Shown piece by piece: positions 35,290 through 43,339 of a stretch of 43,339 nt of DNA. The position numbers and the translations under genes were made by a program. The DNA comes from Callorhinchus milii (lineage: Eukaryota). Where the stretch lies: assembly GCF_018977255.1 (NCBI RefSeq), contig NW_024705452.1:1-43339 (forward strand), written 5' to 3'. Within the stretch, counting starts at the first letter, position 1; every line of letters begins with the position of its first letter. The notes beneath the pieces are model-generated. The model saw nothing but the letters and a program-made list of their open reading frames with translations. It had not been told where the DNA came from and did no database searches.

Positions 35290-37173
35290 GAGTGTCTCTG
35301 CCTTCCAGTCAGCGACAGGTTAACGAGTCTGACTGAGGACCAGAGCCGAAACAGCGCGTTGTGTTGGTTGTGTTGATTACCTGTGTGTATCTCTGTCTGT
35401 CTGTCTGTCTGTCTATGCCTCTGTGTATATGGATCGTCTGTACGTGTGTATCCTCTCTCTCTGTGTGTGTGTGTGGCTCTAGGTGTGTACGTGAGCAACA
35501 AGAGGCCGTGAGCGCGGCTCCGCACGTCCCTGTGGTTAGTGACCGCCAGCGCCCGGTTTCCTGTCTGTCTGTGTGAGCGGCGAAACAGGTGCAGAACAAC
35601 GAGCTGCGGCTTTAGTCGTCTCACAGAGGACGGTCATGGAGTGGCGATGGCAGTATTAAAGCATTAAAGTTTATCTGTGTGCGTCTATCTCTGTATGTGT
35701 GAGTGTCGATATGTCTGAGTGTGTCTGTGTGTGTGTGTGTCTGTCTGTGTGTGTGTCTGTCTGTGTATGTGTGTCTGTATGTGTGTGTGTCTGTCCGTGT
35801 GTGTGTGTCTGTGTGTGTGTGTCAGTCCCTGTGCATTTGTGCTTGTGTGTGTGTGTGTGTGTCTGTCCACGTGTGTGTCTGTGTGTGGTTGTGTGTGTCT
35901 GTCTGTCTGTGTGTGTTTGTTGTGTGTCTGTGTGTATGTGTCCATGTGTGTGTGTCAGTGTGTGTGTGTGTCTGTCTGTGTGTTGTGTGTGTGTGTCTGT
36001 GTGTGTCTGTGTATGTGTGTCTGTCCGTGTGCGTTGGTGTCTGTGTGTGTGTGTGTATCAGTGCCTGTGTATTTGTGCTTGTGTCTGTGTGTCCGTGTGT
36101 GTGTGTGTTGTGTGTCTGTGTGTATGTGTCCGTGCGTGTGTGTGTGTGTGTGTCAGTGCCTGTGTATTTGTGCTTGCGTGTTGAGTGTCTGTCTGTGTGT
36201 GTCCGTGTGTGTGTCTGTCTGTGTGTGTGTGTGCCTGTGTCTGTCTGTCCATGTGTGTGTGTGTCTGTGTGTCTGTCCGTGTGTGTGTCCACGTGTGTGT
36301 GTGTGTTGTGTTTCTGTGTGTATGTGTCCATGTGTGTGTGTCTGTGTGTGTGTGTGTATGAGTGTGTGTGTGTGTCTGTCCGCGTGTGTGTCTGTTTTTC
36401 CGAGTGTGTGTGTGTGCGCGTGTCTGTCTGTCTGCGTGTGTCTGTGTGTCTGTCCGCGTGTGTGTGTGTCTGTGTGTGTGTGGGTCTGTGTGTGTGTGTC
36501 TGTCTGTCTGTCTGTCTGTCTGAGTGTCTCTGCCTTCCAGTCAGCGACAGGTTAATGAGTCTGACTGAGGACCAGAGCCGAAACAGCGCGTTGTGTTAGT
36601 GCGAACACCGGTTTCTCTGCTGATAAATACCTTATCTGCAGCTCTGGGGTCGGAATTGTAACCCTCTAATTCCGGTGATACCAACGAACACGAGACGACG
36701 TGGTTTCGTGGCTCAAACGCACAGGATTTACGCCAACGCTTTACTCTCGGCCGTCCGATTGCCGGTGACGCGGACCGCCTCGGTTCGAGCTGCGGTTGTG
36801 TTTTTACCGTTTGCTTAACCTGCGTCTGGTTTCCGCGTCGCTGTTGCGCTTTGCCGACCCACTGCGACTGTCGGCCGCGGAGAGCGACACGAGCACAGCT
36901 CCGCGCGGCCCTGTGGTCAGTGACCGCCAGCGCCCGGTTTCCTGTCTGCCTGTGCGAGCGGCGAGACGGGTACGGAACAACGAGCCGCGGCTCTAAGACG
37001 TCGACTGAAGACCCTTCGCCCTCTCACTGAGGCCGGTCATGTAGCGGCGATGGCAATGGCCGCATTGCGCGCTCTCCCTGTCCAGCGCTGAGCGTCACAT
37101 CAGCGGCACTAAAGCTTATCTGTGTCGTGTATCTGTCTGGGGTTTGTGGTGTATCTCGCTCATGATTGTCTGT

Positions 37174-37241
<68 letters not shown>

Positions 37242-40200
37242 GCCTCTGTGTATCTGGATCGTCTGTACGTATGCAACTTGTTTGGCCCTTCAACTAACCT
37301 TTCCACCCGACATCTTTGCCATGACCCGCTCCGGCCTTCCACACCCCTGGAATGTCACCCTCTCCACCATCGCCTCACCCCCCACCGGGTCGTATGTATC
37401 TCTCTCTGTCTCTGTGTGTGGCTCTATGTGTGTACGTGAGCAACAAGAGGCCGTGAGCGCGGCTCCGCACGTCCCTGTGGTTAGTGACCACCAGTGCCCG
37501 GTTTCCTGTCTGTCTGTGCGAGCGGCGAAACAGGTGCAGAACAACGAGCTGCGGCTTTAGTCGTCTCACAGAGGACGGTCATGGAGTGGCGATGGCAGTA
37601 TTAAAGCATTAAAGTTTATCTGTGTGCGTCTATCTCTGTATGTGTGAGTGTCAATATGTCTGTGTGTGTGTGTGTGTGTGTCTGTCTGTCTGTCTGTCTG
37701 TCTGTGTGTGTGTCTGTGTGTGTGTGTCTGTCTGTGTCTGTGTCTGTGATGTGTGTCTGTATGTGTGTGTGTCTGTCCGCGTGTGTGTGTGTCTGTGTGT
37801 CTGTCTGTGTGTGTGTGTGTGTCAGTGCCTGTGTATTTGTGCTTGTGTGTGTGTGTCTGTGTGTGTGTGTTTGTGTGTCTCTGTGTGTGTGTGTGTGTTG
37901 TGTGTCTGTGTGTATGTGTCCGTGTGTGTGTGTCTGTGTGTCTGTGTGTGTGTCTGTCTCTGTGTCTGTGTATGTGTGTCTGTATGTGTGTGTGTCTGTG
38001 TGTCTGTCCGTGTGTGTGTGTGTCTGTCTGTGTGTGTGTGTCTGTGATGTGTGTCTGTATGTGTGTGTGTCTGTGTGTCTGTCCGCGTGTGTGTGTGTGT
38101 CTGTGTGTGTGTGTGTCTCTGTGTGTGTGTGTGTGTTGTGTGTCTGTGTGTATGTGTCCGTATGTTTGTGTCTGTCTGTGTGTGTCAGTGCCTGTTTATT
38201 TGTGCTTGCGTGTTGTGTGTCTGTCTGTGTGTGTGTCTGTGTTTCTGTCTGTGTGTGTGTGTGTGTGTTGTGTGTCTGTGTGTATGTCTCCGTGTGTGTG
38301 TGTCTGTGTGTGTCCGTATGTGTATGTCTGTGTGTGTGTGTGTCTGTGTGTCTGTCCGTGTGTGTGTGTCCTCTCTCTCTGTGACCTCTCTGGACTTGTG
38401 TGTGTGTCTCTCTCTCTCTCTCTCTGTATCTCTCTCTCGGTCTGATTACCTGTGTGTATCTCTGTCTGTCTATGCCTCTGTGTATCTGGATCGTCTGTAC
38501 GTATGCAACTTGTTTGGCCCTTCAACTAACCTTTTCCACCCGACATCCTCGCCATGACCCGCTCCGGCCTTCACACCCCTGGAATGTCCCCACCTCCGCC
38601 ATCGCCCCACCCACCCCCCCCCCGGGTCGTATGTATCTCTCTCTCTCTCTGTGTGTGGCTCTAGGTGTGTACGTGAGCAACAAGAGGCCGTGAGCGCGGC
38701 TCCGCACGTCCCTGTGGTTAGTGACCGCCAGCGCCCGGTTTCCTGTCTGTCTGTGTGAGCGGCGAAACAGGTGCAGAACAACGAGCCGCGGCTTTAGTCG
38801 TCTCACAGAGGACGGTCATGGAGTGGCGATGGCAGTATTAAAGCATTAAAGTTTATCTGTGTGCGTCTATCTCTGTATGTGTGAGTGTCAATATGTGTGT
38901 GTGTGTCTGTGTGTGTGTCTGTCTGTCTGTGTGTGTGTCTGTCTGTGTATGTGTGTCTGTATGTGTGTGTGTCTGTCCGTGTGTGTGTCTGTGTGTGTGT
39001 GTGTCAGTCCCTGTGCATTTGTGCTTGTTGTGTGTGTGTGTCTGTCCATGTGTGTGTGTGTGTGTTGTGTGTGTCTGTCTGTGTGTGTGTGTTGTGTGTC
39101 TGTGTGTATGTGTCTGTGTGTGTGTGTGTCTGTGTGTGTGTGTCTGTGTGTGTGTGTGTCTGTGTGTGTGTCTGTGTATGTGTGTCTGTGTGTCTGTGTG
39201 TCTGTCCGCGTGCGTTGGTGTCTGTATCAGTGCCTGTGTATTTGTGCTTGTGTCTGTGTGTACGTGTGTGTGTGTGTGTTGTGTGTCTGTGTGTATGTGT
39301 CCGTGCGTGTGTGTCTGTGTGTGTGTGTGTGTGTCAGTGCCTGTGTATTTGTGCTTGCGTGTTGTGTGTCTGTCTGTGTGTGTGTGTGTGCCTCTGTCTG
39401 TCTGTCCGTGTGTGTGTCCACGTGTGTGTGTTGTGTTTCTGTGTGTATGTGTACATGTGTGTGTGTCTGTGTGTGTCCGTGTGTGTGTCTGTCTGTGTGT
39501 GTGTGTGAGTGTGTGTGTGTGTCTGTCCGCGTGTGTGTGTGTGTTTTTCCGAGTGTGTGTGTGTGCGCGTGTCTGTCTGCGTGTGTCTGTGTGTCTGTCC
39601 GCGTGTGTGTGTGTGTCTCTGTGTGTGTGTGTGTCTCTGTGTGTGTGTGTGTGTGTGTCTGTGTGTGTGTGTCTGTCTGGGTGTGTGTCTGTGTGTCTGT
39701 CCGTTTGTGTTTGTGTGTGTGTCTGTCCGTGTGTGTGTGTGTCCTTTCTCTCTGTGACCTCTCTGGACTTGTGCGTGTGTCGCTCTCTCTCTCTCTCTCT
39801 CTCGCTCTGTATCTCCCTCTCTCTGTCTGATTACCTGTGTAATGTGTCTGATTATCTGTCTCTCTCTGTCTCTCTCCGTCTCTCTGTCTGTCTGTCTCTG
39901 CCTTCCAGTCAGCGACAGGTTAATCAGTCTGACTGAGGACCAGAGCCGAAACAGCGCGTTGTGTTGGTGCGAACACCGGTTTCTCTGCTGATAAATACCT
40001 TATCTGCAGCTCTGGGGTCGGAATTGTAACCCTCTAATTCCGGTGACACCAACGAACACGAGACGACGTGGTTTCATTGCTCAAACGCACAGGATTTACG
40101 CCAACGCTTTACTCTCGGCCGTCCGATTGCCGGTGACTCGGACCGCCTCGGTTCGAGCTGCGGCTGTGTTTTTACCGTTTGCTTAACCTGTGTCTGGTTT

Positions 40201-43200
40201 CCGTGTCGCTGTTGCGCTTTGCCGACCCACTGCGACTGTCGGCCGCGGAGAGCGACACGAGCACAGCTCCGCGCGGCCCTGTGGTCAGTGACCACCAGTG
40301 CCCGGTTTCCTGTCTGTCTGTGCGAGCGGCGAGACGGGGGCAGAACAACGAGCCGCGGCTTTAGTCGTCTCACAGAGGACGGTCATGGAGCGGCGATGGC
40401 AGTATTAAAGCATTAAAGTTTATCTGTGTGCATCTATCTCTGTATGTGTTGAGTGTCGATATGTCTGTGTGTGTGTGTGTCTGTCTGTCTGTGTGTGTGT
40501 GTGTGTCTGTGTGTGTGTGTCTGTCTTTCTGTGTGTATGTGTGTCTGTGTGTCTGTGTCTGTCTGTATGTGTTTGTCTGAGTACGTGTGTCTCTATATGT
40601 GTGTGTCTGTGTGTCTGTCCGCGTGTGTGTCTGTGTGTCTGTCTGTGTGTCTGTCCATGTGTGTGTGTGAGTGTGTGTGTGTGTCAGTGCCTATGTATTT
40701 GTGTTTGTGTGTGTGTGTGAGTGTGTCTCTGTGTGTGTGTTGAGTGTGTGTGTGTCAGTGCCTGTGTATTTGTGCTTGCGTGTTGTGTGTCCGTCTGTGT
40801 GTGTCCGTGTGTTTCTGTGTGTCTGTGTCTGTCTGTGTGTGTTTGTCTGTGTACGTGTGTATCTATATGTGTGTGTCTGTGTGTCTGTCCGCGTGTGTGT
40901 CTGTGTGCCTGTCTGTGTGTCTGTCCATGTGTGTGTTTGTGTGTGTGTGTGTGTGTCAGTGCCTATGTATTTGTGTTTGTGTGTGTGTGAGTGTGTGTGT
41001 GTGTGTTGTGTGTGTGTGTCAGTGCCTGTGTTTTTGTGCTTGCGTGCTATGTGTGTACGTGTGTGTGTGTGTGTGTCTGTCCGTGTGTGTGTGTGTGTGT
41101 GCGTGTGTCTGTGTGTGTGTGTCTGTCTGTGTGTGTGTGTGTGTGTTTGTGTAGGAAGGGGACAGTTTCCAGACTGCGCTCTGGCCTGTCCTTGGCAGTG
41201 TGTGATGCCAGCGGCATTACAACAACAACAACATTATAGCATTTATAGAGGGCCTTTCACGTCGGGAGGACGTCCCGAGGCGCTGGACAGTTGGGTTGGG
41301 GCCTGAGAGTGGGGGAAAATGGTTAGGGTGAGGGGAGGGGAGGGAGGGAGCGAGGAGAGGGGAGATGGTCAGGGTGAGGGGAGGGAAGGGAGGGAGCGAG
41401 GAGGGGTTAGAGAGTCGAGAGCGGAGCTGAAGGCTGAAGGTCAAAGAGAAAGGCCTTGAGATCGGCCTTGAAGGAGGAAAGGGAGGAAGCGGCGAAGGCA
41501 CTTGGGATAGAGTTCCAGAGCCTCGGGGCTGAGAGGCTGAAGGCCACCGATGGTCGGGCGGTTGGGGCGGGGGATGTGGAGTAGACCGGAGCCAGAGGGA
41601 CGGAGGGTACGGGCGGGTACGTGGGGGGATAGTAGGTCGGAGAGGAGCGGAAAGGAGTGAGCGAGTCCGTGAATGGCCGTGTGGGTGAGGATGAGGATTA
41701 AACCACCCGCTCCTGATAACCAGCTGCTAGTTTATGTAAGGGGGTGTGGGTGGGGTTCATATGGCGTCACACGGCCAAATCCAACCTGAGAATAATTTCC
41801 AGCTGCCGGCAACACACTCCCACCGACGTCTCTCTGCCCAAACCCCTGGCCCGGCAAACCTCCACCCCCACCCCACCCACCCTCCACACACCCTCGACCC
41901 CCCGCCCGAGCGTTTCTGACACGCAACCCATCCCATCACCGCGATCAGCCGGTCGTCCGACAACACGGGAAGCCATCACTATTCTTACGAATATCCAAAC
42001 CAGGCCGCGAATTCCTCGCGTCCCTCCTACATCAATGCCAATCCAGAGATAGGCTGTTGGAATGGGATGTGCACTCTCTCTCGCTCTCTCTCCAGAGGGG
42101 TGCATCCCGCTTCCTATTCCGGAGCATATCCGGCACAGATCGGCCAGAGTCCAGGCTCAGGGGACCACGGAGTGTGAGTTGGGTTCACTTCTGTTGTCTA
42201 ACCAGAAGGGTGGGTGGGCTAAGGCGTCCAGCACAAACCCGGCTTTCGACTGCGAAGGCAGGATGTGGGTTTCTGTAACGATGAGCATTAAGCGGAACGG
42301 TTTCCTTCCTCCGAACCAATCAGATATTTCAGGGACACGGTGAGCAACTGGAGCTCAGCAGCAACAGAAACGAAGTGGTGACACCTGAAGGCAGACGGCC
42401 AGACAGAGTCTTTGTAGGTCACTGGGACCGAGGCGGAACCAGCAAGTGAAAATCCGCAGCTGAGAGAGAGAGAGAGGGAGAGAGAGAAGCCAGGAGTTGG
42501 CAATTCACCCCACCATCAGCGACTGGACAGAGCCCGGCACCAAGGTAAGGTCAGGGCACGGTTGACGTTAATGTTGAACCTCAGCACCGGGTCACTTCGC
42601 ATCTGCAGCGAACCCGACAACTTGGGGTGACGCGGTGCCCGTTACTTGCCATAGGGTTCCATGCGTTTTTGACGGTGGCGGAGTCTGACCCCGAGCCAGG
42701 GTGGAAGGGGGTGGGAAGGCGGTGACCGTCAACACCGTCAAAAGGGGAAGGATCTGAAGTTGGGGAGGGACTGGGCGAGGCGGAGGGATTGAGGCGGAGA
42801 GTTAGGGGATTGGAGAGTTAGGGGATAGGGCGTAGTGACTGAGGGCTATCGATTGGAGAGTGGAGGGCACGAGGGAATAATTGGAGGGGGGAGTCAGGCA
42901 GATGGAGGCAGAGCGGGTGGTGGGGTGGGCAATAAGCAGGTCGGAGAGGTAGGTGTGGGGGGTGCGAGGGAATAAAGTCATTTAAAAGTGAGCGAGAGGA
43001 GTTTGCGCGTGAAATCGAAGCTGAACGCTTAGCCGTCAGAGCGCTCGCCGCGCAATCGATCCCCTGGAGAAGGGGTACAGCTTTAGGCAGGTTTTCTTAC
43101 TCCACACACATACACATACACACGCACAACACACACACACACTCGCACGCATCTGTTTATAAAACAACATTTAATAATAAGCCTTGCGTTTGATCACGTG

Positions 43201-43284
43201 TTCCGGACGACTCAAAGCGCTTCACGGATCGTGCTGCGAAGGTGAATTTGTCTGTGGGCAAAATCCGGCAGCCGATTGCACCCG
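34907..43284 (+). repeat. Segmental duplication, copy 2, internally expanded into a compound tandem array of CpG-rich modules separated by (GT/GTCT)n tracts
   Basis: Modules at 34907-35155 (A); 35298-35368, 36530-37050 and 39898-40440 (B); 35470-35700, 37420-37650 and 38655-38890 (C); 37240-37400 and 38470-38635 (D). Then 41700-43284 matches 24311-25896. Confidence 0.92.
41219..41699 (-). mobile_element. L2 3' fragment with tail; paralog of 23933-24310
   Basis: Same 5' junction gatgaggatt|aaaccacccgc as at 24310; (CAA)n tail at 41219-41232; cctttcacgtcgggaggacgtcccgaggcgct. Confidence 0.92.
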
Positions 43285-43339
43285 AGCGTCCCCCGCAGAC
43301 ATTATTCATCGGACGCTGCGCCGGTAACGGTTTTCAACG

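Noticed and set aside
34452..41306. Val/Cys-rich ORFs
   Set aside because: Translation of (GT)n/(GTCT)n microsatellite.

Overview
Repeat-dense vertebrate genomic DNA. The SINE/LINE content suggests a fish, possibly a cartilaginous fish (inference, unverified). 1-12745 is a 16-bp-monomer, CpG-rich satellite (consensus GGCWGTGTTTGCGCGA) organised into ~2.8-kb higher-order blocks. It is interrupted near its edge by a 5'-truncated, frameshifted L2-clade LINE (12746-15655). Two oppositely oriented degenerate GA/CT-rich arrays follow (15745-22080). A ~3.8-kb block (22081-25896) recurs as an expanded direct copy at 34907-43284, made of CpG-rich modules embedded in GT/CT microsatellite. Between the two copies lies the only convincing host gene: a minus-strand, three-exon CALHM/FAM26-family channel gene (30779-30300, 28617-28542, 28088-28006; ~212 aa). 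It keeps the four-TM core but appears to lack the long C-terminal cytoplasmic helix. It is surrounded by tRNA-derived SINEs sharing their 3' tail with the L2, several L2 3' fragments carrying a variable 46-bp VNTR, and a CR1 fragment. Almost all long ORFs in the track are artefacts of stop-poor repeats.
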